DNA from: Guillardia theta CCMP2712
Taxonomy: Eukaryota > Protista > Cryptophyta
Assembly: GCF_000315625.1 (NCBI RefSeq)
Contig: NW_005434670.1
Span: forward strand, 206,237-270,236
DNA length: 64,000 nt
Direction: 5' to 3'
The notes beneath the pieces were generated by a model. That model was not told the origin of the DNA and did no database searches. It saw nothing but the letters and a program-made list of their open reading frames with translations. Numbering within the stretch: the first letter of the stretch is position 1; each line of letters opens with the position of its first letter. Below, piece after piece: positions 9,916 to 21,383 of this stretch. A program made the translations under genes and the position numbers.

Positions 9916-10867
9916 TCGCCTTTGGTCAAACGACTCTTACTGCGAACAGTGGCCCATGACTGTCAAGACCTGTTGCATGCTTGTGGATGGTGGCTGATGT
10001 TTGTGTATCCAGTGGCAATGGTAACAGTGGCTCACCGTAGCGAGGGATGGGAATAAAGACGTATTGAAACTTCAGTAGAATGAGAGAGCCTCGCGGCCCG
10101 GACTGGCCGCCATTGCCGAAGACATCATGCGACTAACTTTGGAAATACAATGATCCTTGGCACGCCGGCCGTGGATAGGCTTTGACGGCGGGACTGAGTT
10201 CACTATTACTGCTGGAGTCAGGGCCTACAGTGAAAGAGCTTCACTGCCAATGATTTCATCAGTCTGCTAGAAAGCATCCGAGTCTGCACTGCTCCGAATC
10301 CCTTGCAGTGTCCCACTGGGCCAGCCGTCCGCCGGAGAACGCGGCCCGCCGGCGGCGCAGCGGCCTTTCAAGCCTTTGTGACTCTCCGACCGGGCCCTGA
10401 TCAGGGTTGACCGTGACGGTCGGACGGTCCGACGTCCGCGGAGCCTCGGAGGCTGGGCCGGTCAGTCACGATCATCGTACGGTACTGAGCTGGAGTCCGA
10501 GCCGCAGGCTCCGACCGGGCCGGGCCGCCGCCGGGGTCCCGAGCCAGTGATCCGGGATCAGGGGCCGAGGCTCAGCGCCCCCGGCTGTTAGAACACAACT
10601 CTCATGTTTTGGGATAAATATGAAGAATTATCTGGTTTTCAGCACAACTTTCACAACCAGGTGACGTGTGGACTCTGCGAATTGTGACATGGTGTGACGA
10701 TGACCCTACATTTATGACTGTAAATCGGGGGTAGATTGGGTGGATGGAGCGTTAAAAGAAATGGCATGTATTTGTAAGGGTAGGGTGGTAGAAAGATGTA
10801 GGGGTGCATCTCTCTGATATCTAGGGGGTGGGGTGGGAGATGTGTAGTTCGTCTCAGGTATAAGGCG

Positions 10868-12449
10868 ATGGCGCGGGGCAGAGGAGCGATGGCGATGATG
10901 ATGGCGCTGCCACTCGCAGCCTCATCAGCACATGCGTTCATGGGCCAGCAGGTGTGCAAGGATCAGCTCAACGTCTGGTCGTCTCATGTTCTCTTCCTCT
11001 ATGTGGGCTGGTCCTAGACTAGAGAGTTGTGTTGGTCTCATGCCATAGGCCGTAGGATTGATGGGAGCCTGTGTTTTCGTTGATTCTTTTGGATTTCTCT
11101 TGGACTGTTGGTCTTGCATACATCAGATGTAGAATCGATGAAGTCTTGATGAAGGGGGGCTTGCAGGCCGTTGAGTCAACTGCTGTTTGCGGTGGTTTAA
11201 TTGCAGAATGATTTGTTTTGTTTTGTCCAGGCTCGCTTTCTTCCTTTCAAGGGCATTCCCGCGCTCTCGCAAGCTCTCGCAAGCTCCAACTTTCGTCTCC
11301 CACTATCTGCAAAGCCCTCTACCACCTTTCGTCGTGGCCTTCAGGTTCTGCCCGATAAACTCGTTGTGGTCGGGCTAATACCGCACCAGGGAACAAGGAT
11401 GGGCCTTCTCGGATCACTCTTCGGAGGAAGCGGCAAGCGCGAGTACAGTGACCTCAAGGCCGGCACGTGGGCGGTGAGCTCGGGCTGAGTTGCTCTCGAC
11501 TTCCAACAGGAACTGACATTGTGCTGTCCTCAGGCCGAGGCAGCGGAGTACGCCAAGGAGGGACAGGTGAAGTCAGTCTCTAAGGTGCGACCATGCTCGA
11601 GTCGCGCGGCTTCTGCTGCTCACTATGCTCGACCAGGCCGGACACTCTATCGCCACCTTTGGAGGAGGATGCTTCTGGGGGATCGAGCTGGTGTACCAGA
11701 GAGTCCCTGGAGTTGTGGCGACAGCCGTTGGCTATGCTCAAGGAGAGCTTGAGCACCCTTCCTACGAGATGGTCTGCACCGGAGCCACTGGACATACTGA
11801 GGTAGTTCAGCTCACCTACAATCCCAAGGAAGTCTCCTTCAAGCAGCTCTGCCAGGTTCTCTTCGGCAAGTATGGTCAAGAGGGTGGACGCGCTAGAGGG
11901 AAGGAGGAATTGACATGTCCATACAGGATCAACCCTTCACTCAAGGACCAGGTGGGCAATGATCGCGGCAGCCAGTACCGCCATGGCATCTACTTTCATA
12001 CTCCCGAGCAGAAGGTCAGCGAGAGAGGAAGGGAAAGAGATGGTTGACAGACGATTGCAGGCCGAGGCTGAAGAGGCTATCCAGGAGGTGAAGGCCAAGG
12101 TGTGTGGGAGAGAGAGGGCAGGCAAGGGGGAGGAATTAACAAGAAAGTAGCTCAACGGAGCTCCCTTCTACACCGAGCTGGAGGCCGCTAAAGTCTTCTA
12201 TCCAGCTGAGGTAAGTTAGGATGTAATGGGAGTTCTGTACATTAGTTTCCCAGATCAAGGAGTAGTCAAACTCTTCTGTCCTTTTTTGTTTCCTCAGCTT
12301 CGACTTTGCGCTGCTCTCCAAGCATTGCGATTCATGTTGATTTGCCCTTGCAGGAGTATCACCAGCAGTACCTTGAGAAGGGAGGACGCTTTGGCTCCAA
12401 GCAGTCTGCCGCTAAGGGATGCAACGACCCCATCCGTTGCTACGGTTAA
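10868..12449 (+). CDS. msrA: Peptide methionine sulfoxide reductase A, multi-exon, predicted plastid-targeted
   Basis: GGGCFWG active site, GHTEVVQ, GNDRGSQYRHGIY, FYPAE-EYHQQYLEKGG, C-terminal GCNDPIRCYG*. N-terminal MARGRGAMAMMMALPLAASSAHA|F signal peptide followed by a transit-like segment. Confidence 0.93.
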
Positions 12450-12813
12450 TGTTGCTCAGCCTTAAAGGTGCTGCATCGTCCATAGGCTGTTAGCACAAAC
12501 CTGGTTGTGCCATGGCTGCGGAGTAAACAGTGTAGCCAAGTTTGAACCATTTTGCTACTCTTGACCTTTTCCGTTCGCGATGATGCACTGATTGTTTCTG
12601 ATCCATGTTCATGTATTGTCCATTTATTATGAGCGTCTTCACCCGTAACTGGTGTCATACTCCAACTTCTGCTCAACAAGTGTTTAAGCTCAATATCATC
12701 ATTTGAAAACCTTGTGATTACCTCCAGCGCCTTGAGGTAGGGAGCTTCAGTCGGCACCAACGCGTACATGATGGATGCCTGTCAAGCATCATTTCAACCG
12801 GCCAGCTTGCAAA

Positions 12814-15800
12814 TTAATTGTTTACCAGCAGGACTGTCAAATGAGAGACATCGTTCTGGTTGTTGTACTTCCCTAAAGATAGGTTAATGTTGGTCAGCAG
12901 CTCGACCAGCTCTTGCTCGTGCTCCTGTCCAGCTTGTCACGCCCTCTTCACACCTCCACCTCTGTCGACCTGCAGGGCAGCTATGCCGCCCGATCCCTCC
13001 GCCACCTTGAGGAGAATGTTTGCAGCTCGAATCCGATCCTCGTTGGAGATGTGTGTGCTTCTGTGCAACGCGATCATCACCGGCTTCCCGCAGACCAGCC
13101 GGACAAACACGCCCAGACATCCCTATGCCAGATATGAGAAACTCTCCCGAGCATGCAGGTAAGACAGCGCCGGCAAGGTTCAACCTGGATGGAGTGTATT
13201 CTGCGCAGCATTGGAGCGGTGAAGCTGAAAGAGAGAAGCCGTTGGATGGCCTCGAGGGCGAGAGCGATGAGCGTCTCGTTCCTCGGGAACATGACGAGAG
13301 ACAGCAGAATTGGCATGATCTGCTCTTCGTTCTCAACTAGCACCTGGATGGAATCAAGAACTAGTCCTTCGCTCGCACTCTCAAGATCTCTCTACCTGCA
13401 TGTTATGCGGGTTGTCAGCCAGCCTGGCTACCAGAAACGCGAGCATGCTGGCGGTGTCAAATCGATGACTATCACACGCTCGAGTCAAAGCCTACTCACT
13501 GCGTCAAGAGTGGACAGTCACATGTATCAAGATTCGTACGTCAGATATCAACGACAAAATTCTTGTTCCCGGCGAGACTCTGAGATTGATCACTGGGGCA
13601 ACCGCTGAGGGATCAAGAAAGTAGTCACAAACATTGAGAGTGAACAAAGTGAGAGAGAAACGCAAGGCGAGGATGGGTTTAGAGGCTGACCTAGAAGCAC
13701 TTCGATCGCAAGGTGGTCGAGGGGTTTGTGGTCGAAGTTGCTATGAGCTCCGGCGAGGACGACTTCGATTAGGAGCTGTAGAGTTGAAGCATTCGATCCT
13801 ATTCTTTGCATCCCCTTGTTGATTTGGCAAAGATGCTTCAGGAGGATCAAGTACTCACGGACTACCGCTGCGTACTGCTGGCACTCATCGAACTCAGGAC
13901 AGAGCTTCCTGCTGATGAAGTCTTCCATCACCACGTTCTGACAGACTGGTTTCGAGCAACAAGAGCAGAACCACAACTTGTACTTCTCCTGCTCATCCTC
14001 TGCCCCCTGCGTCCCAGCGGCAGCCTCAGGTAGCGGAGGACGGTCGGAAGCATCCTGCCCTTCATCATTCACACGCTCGTTCTCAGAATCCTCTTCCTTC
14101 AACGCGTTCGTTTCGTCTATTCCGACTTGCTCTGAATCTACAGGCCCTTCTCGCTTCCCTTGCGCATTGCCCCCCTCGCCGTTCCCTTCCTCTTCGCTCA
14201 TTGCTTGCCCAGCTTCTTCTCCGCCGGCATTCGCTTGTCCCTGCTCTGCGCTCTGTCCAGGCATGGCGCCATCGATCTGACTTGCGGCCTTTGCATCAAT
14301 GATATCCCTCTCCTGCTGCGTGATGCCGCTGTACCACTCATGAGCCTTGGCGAATGTTGGAAAGACTTTGCCATCGGGCAAGATGTAGTTGTAGTACCCC
14401 AGAGTGACATCCCGGATCTCACGTCGCCATCCTGGAGGCAGGTGACTTGCATTCCATCGGCTCATCCGGAGCCCATGCTTTAGCGCTCGGCCCACCCTCC
14501 TCCTCTTTGGTGCCAGTTCTTCGTGAAGCCGCTCGATCATGTCGTCGTCTATCTTCCACTGTCCTCGAGGCGGCACATAGTTCGTGCGGCGGATCCAATA
14601 CCAGAAACATTTACTGAGACTGTTCAGAGCCCGGGGGGTGACCGTCAGGCCGCTCACCAACTCTGGCATGGTGCCGTTGCGGATAGCAGTTATGACGCTG
14701 CTGAGAAACTTTCGTGCTTCTTCTGCTCCCTTGAGGCTCTCGGATTCGATCTGTGCTATGAGAGTCGTGTTCACAACGACGTTTCCTTTGGAGATCTCTT
14801 CAGCAACCCGAGCGTCTTCCTCGGGGGACATCCACAAGGGCGGAGGCTTTTTGGCTGCCGATTTCTCCCTTTCCTGTGCAAGAGCTCGGTTCCGCTCCTC
14901 CTCCTCTCTTTGCTCGATAATTTCCTTTTGTTTGGACAGCAGATTTGTATGTGCAGCGAAGTACTGTTCGGGTTGTAGCATGCCCGTGATATTCTTCCTC
15001 GAGTTGCGGTCTATATACTGAGATTTGTAATACTCCAGTGTGCGATTCCTGTATCGGACGGACGACCAGCCATCATGCTTCCTTTTCAGGCTCCTGCCTG
15101 TCAAAGACTTGCATGCAGCACTGGCAAAGGCAGCAGGCGTCTTGTGTTTCTGCCCCTCGAACTCAATCTGGCCATCTAATGTGATCTTTCCAAAAACAGG
15201 GCCAAGTAGCCCTTTCTCTGGGTGTTTCTTCTGCCAGTAAAGTTCAGCATCAAGGCTGAGAAAGCCAGCATCCAAGAGCTGTTTCAAAGTAACGCTCGAG
15301 GGGTCCCTAGCAAGATCCTCAGCATTCTTCTTCAAGTCTTCAGGGTTCCAAGTCTTGTCTTCACAGAATTGCAAGTAAGTGTTATAAATATTTTCCAGCT
15401 CCTTTGCATCTGCCTGTACATCGGCCGACAGTTTCATTTCATTCAAAACTGTCTTCCACAACCTTCTATGCATCCTGTTCTTTCCGCCCTTGTTTTGAAC
15501 TATATGATACAGCTCGCAGAGATTGACAGCTTGCCCGCACACTGTTGGCATCTTGCTCGGATCCAACAGATCATCGGCTTCTTGGCTGCGTTGTTCGACT
15601 CGAAGATAAAAAATCACAAAGGAAAGAAACTTTGCTGGATCTTCAGGAGGGTCAAACCTTGGCACGTTTTTCTTCTTCCCTGACTCTCCAAGTGATAGGG
15701 AATCCAGCGAGAATCGTTTCGTCTTCTCCGTATCCGACTTTTTGTTCTTGGAACCTGGAGGTCTTCCACGTATCGGGGCAGGAGTCTTGGGTGTTAAATC

Positions 15801-17417
15801 TACCCTGGAGATCATCTGGCCATCGCCACCCAACCCTTTGGCTGACTGCGGATCCATTTGCGTGCCCATTCTATCAACACTCGAAGGCGTCATTGGGTAT
15901 GGCGTCACTTTGGCTGAAGGAGTAGTGTTCAGTCCGTGGTTTGCCACAAAATTCGCGTATTCGGTTTCACGGTCGTTTGATTGCCTTGCCTGATTCTGGT
16001 CAGGACGAGGCTCTGGTCGGATGCTTGGAGTCGTTTGAGACGGCAATTGCTGACTGATGGGTTTTTCTGAGTCTTGCCCACCACTGGGCAGTGATGCTTT
16101 GTTTACTGTAGAGCTAGCCTGAAAAGTGGAATGTTACCAACAATCGTTGAATTCAAATCACAACACCTCTGGAGCTGCCTTTGGGATTTGGGGGGCCTCA
16201 ATTGCAGGCATAAGCGAGATTTCATTCGTCGCAGGCACGGCAATTGGATTGGTATTTGTCTGCATGCGGATTACAGAAGGAATAAGACGCTATCACACCC
16301 GTACGTTTGAAGGAATGTCGGATCCAACGCATGTTTCTTCTCCGGCTCTCATATCACCTCCATTCCCCTGTTTTCCAAGACAAGGGTATCAATCCGATTT
16401 CATGCACCACATACACAGAGAAAGAATTAGCAAAACGGAGAGAACATTTCTGACCGCAATCGGAGGCATGTTGGGTTCCTTAGGGTCGACAGGGGGCGCA
16501 TGTTGCATGCCAGAATTCGAATCAGCTCCAGTTCCGGATGGAGCCAAACTTTTGATCTCCTCCCTTGTCGAGACATTCACCCCACCAGCGGGCATTTCCG
16601 GAATACCATCCTTTCCTGACATTTCCGAGGTGTCTTGCAACGTTTCCCCTTCCCGGACTCCTTCGCTCGAAGATTCTGGTGCTCCTAACTCGCCTTGGCT
16701 GGCCAAGGAAGTCTTGTCATCATCTCCTTCCTTCATCTTATCGTCATCCCCTTCCTTCTCCTTCGCTACCGCTTCCTTCCCCTCTCTGTCTCCATCACGA
16801 GCGCTCCCGTCGCCTGTTCCCTCTGAATCCTCAACCATATGCGTAGTGCTCACGTCATGAGTAGCGCTGGCATGACCTGCTCCCGCCGTCTCCTCTACCG
16901 CCGCCTTATCCTCATTATCTCTATGAGCATCGCTACCGTTCTCTGCTCCCACCGATACCACCACTGGTGGCCCGTCATTGTCATGAACGGCACTTTTCTC
17001 GCATGATACTTCCTGCTCAGCAGGTTGTGGTTTATCACTATTCTCACGGGAGGTCTCATGGATCCCCCCTCCTTCCTCCTGCTCAACTTCAGTCTTCAGA
17101 ATCTTCCTGGCGGGCATGTTGTCGTCATCCCTTGCCTCGTCCTCATCCTCCATCCTCGCCCTCTTCATGCTAACCCGGCCACCGTCCTCCACGACCAATG
17201 GTGGACCCTGGGCTTTCTCTGCATGTTCCTCAGGCACAGTCTCTGGAGCAACATCTTTGGTAGTAGCGTTCGTCGGTTGAGCGGTTGCTTCTGAAGCCGC
17301 TACTTGCTCGCATTCGTTTCCTGCCTCGGTAGATTCTGCATTTGCGCCGTTGGCGGAGCTCTGATCTGAATCATAGCTAAGGATGTTAGTAAGCGACGTG
17401 TCCTCCTTGCTGGCCAT
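12814..17417 (-). CDS. Large chromatin protein: acidic N-terminus, ARID, RAMA, MBD-like and helical C-terminal region (multi-exon)
   Basis: ARID: PTVCGQAVNLCELYHIVQNKGG...WKTV...LENIYNTYLQFCE. RAMA: TLKQLLDAGFL...GKITLDGQIEFEGQKHKTPAAFA...DGWSSVRY. MBD-like: LPPGWRREIR...YNYILPDGKVFPT. 3' end approximate. Confidence 0.8.
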
Positions 17418-18360
17418 GTGTGTAGCAGTGAAGCTAGAACAGCACAAGACGCGCTCCAAGGACGAACTTCAAGATCAAGGCAAGTAAAAGGGGAGATACA
17501 GATTGGTAAAGAGCCGAGCCTTGAACAAAAGGAGGTTGCGAGGTTATGGCGTCAAGTTTGTTGACGCAAGAGTGAGGAGAGGAGGAAGAAGGATATATCG
17601 AAGCTGCCGTCAGCTCAGCCCTCTCAGGATCATGCGTCTATGCCCACGCGCCTCCCCTCCTCCTCCGCTCTTCCCTTGCATTTCGCGCGCGAACCCGAAT
17701 GCATTGAGGCGGACTATTCGAAAGCTATGATGAGTAAAAGATTTCCGATTTGCCAAGGGTCAGGCAATGGCCTGGAAGCCAGGGGAAGGAAAGGGAAGTG
17801 GTAGAGGCGGTAGAGGCAGATGAAAGTGATGGACATCCTCTTGATAGCCAGGATGGAACGATTGCGTAATGGTTTTAGACAATCACTTGACTTTGTGTAC
17901 ACCGCGGTGAACAACGATGAAACATGAAAAGATATTGCAAGAGCTTGCTCTGGAAGAAAGCAGAGTTCGCGTACAAGATCAGCCCGTTGATCGCTGAATC
18001 AATGTGTGGGGTCCTCACTATTTGTTGAGTTTTACCTGCAGAAGAATTTGGTTTTGCGCATGGCGCCGCTTGACCGACAGCAAAGCGCAAGGCTTGGCGC
18101 GTTAGCTTGTTGCGTTTCTGCCGCAGTGTGCCTCACGGTATTTGTGCGCATTTTTTTTTGCCTTCCATGAACCCATGCGCAGTTTCTATCTGCCGAAAGT
18201 GGGCAATCGGCCAAAGATCTCAAACGGTAGGCAGACTACCTCCATGTCTTGTTGCTCATGTTTTCACTTGTCAGGACCTCGCTTCTCGAAGCAACCGGGG
18301 CGAGGGGATTAGACAATGAGTGGCTTGTAAGCTCGCACTGGAGCATTTCTTGTTACTGAG

Positions 18361-19755
18361 ATGTCCATGCAGGGTCTTCCCTCAAAGACCGATTACTATT
18401 CGGATGACTGGAACAGCGAGGAAAGTCCCGATGCCTTCGCGGTGATCTTACTCCCAACAAAACCTTTGGTACTCATATGAATGCTGATTTGTCAGGATGA
18501 CTGGGAGGGTTACGGGCATACACCCTACTCAGGGAGAGTGCTGAGTGTCACCGGCAGGTTGTTCTGTGGGTGGCTTCAGATAGCAACTTGTTGACACAAA
18601 AGCAGTGGATGGGAGCGATATCCATACGGGGATCTCAATGCCTACATTGACGGGGGAGGCGTCTTCAACAACGCAGACTTGGACTTTGAGGTGTGAGCAA
18701 GTGCTTTCGTCGTTGTGGACTGCTCTGATTCGCTCCAAACTCGATCGACCTCCTGAAAGTCACGGCAGGTTGGGAAGGAAGGCTGGACGGGAAAGTTCCC
18801 CGAGGGGGAGCCAGAGGGTGCGGAGATCAAAGATCGGTACTCATACTTTTGGCCGGTGAGAGAAACAGAGACGCAAAGTGATATCTTTGTGATGTTGTCC
18901 TCTCGGATTTGCAGGTTGAGAATGGAATGGGCTACCCCGAGGACGAACTGCCAGCTCGAAGAACGTACGAATTCGATGTGAGCAGTGGGGGCAGGTACCT
19001 GTTGCATTGCTCTCCTTCTATCTCTCAAGGCCACAATCAGGTCTTATGATAGCTTCTGGGGGGGCAAGGATCAGATTTCCGATTACCTTGAGAAGGAGAA
19101 TGATTTCTTTCGGTGAGGATAATATTTCTAATCACTGAACGGTTGAACTGATACGTTTGTTCTAACAGACATTCGTCGCTCTCTCCTGAGGAAGATACAC
19201 ACAGGAGATTGTCGTTCGATCAAGTGATAGAATACCTTGAAGTCATATCGTTGCTTCATGTCTGAGTATCATGGTGCAGTCCACCGACCAAGAAAAAGCA
19301 AACAGAGACACCGATGGCTACAAGGGTTTCTGGAGAGAAGACATCGATCTTGGTGGTGGCCTGGCAGGTAAAATGATTCATGGCTTGTGTCGATTTCATG
19401 GAACTTCGTGTGTCTCGCAGGGGCAAGCAATGAGGATGTGCTCGGCGACGACGGGTTGATTTGGACATATCGCAAGTGAGTCACGGGAGGACGTTCACGA
19501 GTGGTCGTGAGGTGATGATCTTATTAGGGCGTACAATGACGACAGGGCCTACGACTACAGGGGATGGCAGGTATCAGCTGCCGCACCTTTGCCTTGACCA
19601 CGTTGACTTTCCGTTGCTTCCAGCATGGCGACGACCTCCCACCGGGTGTGAAGAAGATGGACATGAGCTCGTCATGGCCCTGGCAGCTCTTCAACTATGC
19701 AGGTACCCGTTGCATGGCGGAAATCAGGTTGGAACCTGACAGGTTTGGCAGTTGA
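18361..19755 (+). CDS. Hypothetical multi-exon protein
   Basis: ATG at 18361 (MSMQGLPSKTDYYSDDW...) followed by short coding-like segments separated by GT-AG introns. No recognised domain. Confidence 0.4.
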
Positions 19756-19943
19756 TGGAACAGATGGTGACGTCAGAGGGCATTTCCCGTTGGATCAGAA
19801 GTCAAGTGAGATGTACTAAACTTGTATTTTATAGAGGACAACAACAGCAGTGAGACTTTACACATGTACATTGCCATTTTTTTCTTTCGCATATCGCCTT
19901 CCTCGTTCTCAAATCTCCTTTTCATTCCCACCCGAGCGCTTTC

Positions 19944-20444
19944 CTACATTGCTCGTTTCCTTGCTGCCAACACCCACAGAACGATGAGAACAAACATGAT
20001 GAACCAGAAGATGCACCAGAAGAAGATCTGATGAACCGCCTTCTTCCTCAGGAACGGTCGGGGAGGAATGATGAACTCTTCCTCCAGAGGGCGTTGGTGC
20101 ATATCGTCGTCGGCCCAAGTAATCTTGCGTAGCTCGATGCCGCTGAGCTCGTTCAACGAATTCCTGTCAGAGGAGCGGAAAATTCCCTTGATGCTGAAAG
20201 TTTTCCTCCTGTCCTCGATGATCTCCTGTCTGGAATGGCGCAGGGGCGTCGTGTCGGAGATGCTTTCCTCTGCCTCTTCAATTTCGTACTCCTCTACTTC
20301 AACACCATTCAGATTCATCTTCTCCATTTCGAGCATAGACGCGAAGGGCGAGAGGAGATCTCTGCGAGTGAGAGCTGAATCTGATCCAACCAGAGTATAT
20401 CTGGAAGCAGTAGAAACAGCGAAAGACGAAGCAAGGCAAGCCAA
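19944..20444 (-). CDS. Hypothetical protein with C-terminal transmembrane helix (tail-anchored-like); 5' end uncertain
   Basis: C-terminal IFFWCIFWFIMFVLIVLWVLAARKRAM. Confidence 0.55.
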   Translation of the reverse strand: MACLASSFAVSTASRYTLVGSDSALTRRDLLSPFASMLEMEKMNLNGVEVEEYEIEEAEESISDTTPLRHSRQEIIEDRRKTFSIKGIFRSSDRNSLNELSGIELRKITWADDDMHQRPLEEEFIIPPRPFLRKKAVHQIFFWCIFWFIMFVLIVLWVLAARKRAM

Positions 20445-21383
20445 ATTTTGATGCCGTGGACACCTTCAGTCGATGCAGGGTGCTCCGATGGAGCAAGAGG
20501 TTCTTCCAAGGTGAACGTCTTCAACGTGATTCATCATGGTGTTGACGATCATGTTCGACATCCTCCAGCCTGCCGCTCTTCTTGCATGCCTCCGCCCGCC
20601 TGCACTTCCACCGCAGCATTACAACAGCATGCTCCCCAACGTCACCACCCCACCCCACGCTCAACCCATAAACCACCCCCTGTTTATTTGAATATCTCGA
20701 GCACCCCGTACATTCCAAGTAAATTCACCCCCTTCTTCTGTGTAAACTTGACACCCACCCACCCCTGCAGTTGCTAAAATCCTCTTCCCTAGGGGTGGGG
20801 TGTAGGGAAACAAGGGGATAGGGTGTGGGCGTATTGGTTTGGGATGCCCCGAGGTGCGACCATGCTCGAGTCGCGCGGCTTCTCCTGCTCACGATGAAAG
20901 CGAAGTGTGGTATCAACATGAAGGAGTGGAGGAGGAGGAGGAGGAAGAGGAAGAGGAAGAGGAAGAGGAAGAGAATGATGATGATGACGACGATGATGAT
21001 GAATGGAGAGACTTACACTGAAATGATCAGCATGTCCACGATGACATGAAGATCGTTCTGATGTGAACGTGTAGAATGTGTAAACAAAGAAAGAAGGAGG
21101 GTGGAATCGGAGGGATGGGGCAGAATGACAGGTACGATGGCCTCAAGAGCGAAGAAAGAATTTCGTCAAGAAAATAGGCTCCTTGTAAGCCGTAGACAAT
21201 AGAAGAAGTAAGAAAGAAACGAAAGTGTTCATATGGATTCAGATGTATAAAGTGACTTTGCATTCCATACAGATATGTCTCAAGAGTCAGAGAAGACCGC
21301 GAAACGAAAGACAGGTGTTGTCGATGCTGATGAGATCATTTCGAGAGGGTCAGGGACAACGGCAAAGGTAAACATTGGCCTGC

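Larger units (their letters stand above)
1..10560 (+). repeat. Tandem array of four copies of a ~2.83-2.87 kb unit (ORF-A plus ~1.55 kb GC-rich spacer); first spacer replaced by a Crypton, last spacer diverged
   Basis: ORF-A stops at 530, 4211, 7040 and 9915 with near-identical flanking DNA. Spacers 4212-5811 and 7041-8644 differ by only one 4-nt insertion that I could see. Sequence after 9915 is homologous but increasingly diverged. Confidence 0.95.
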
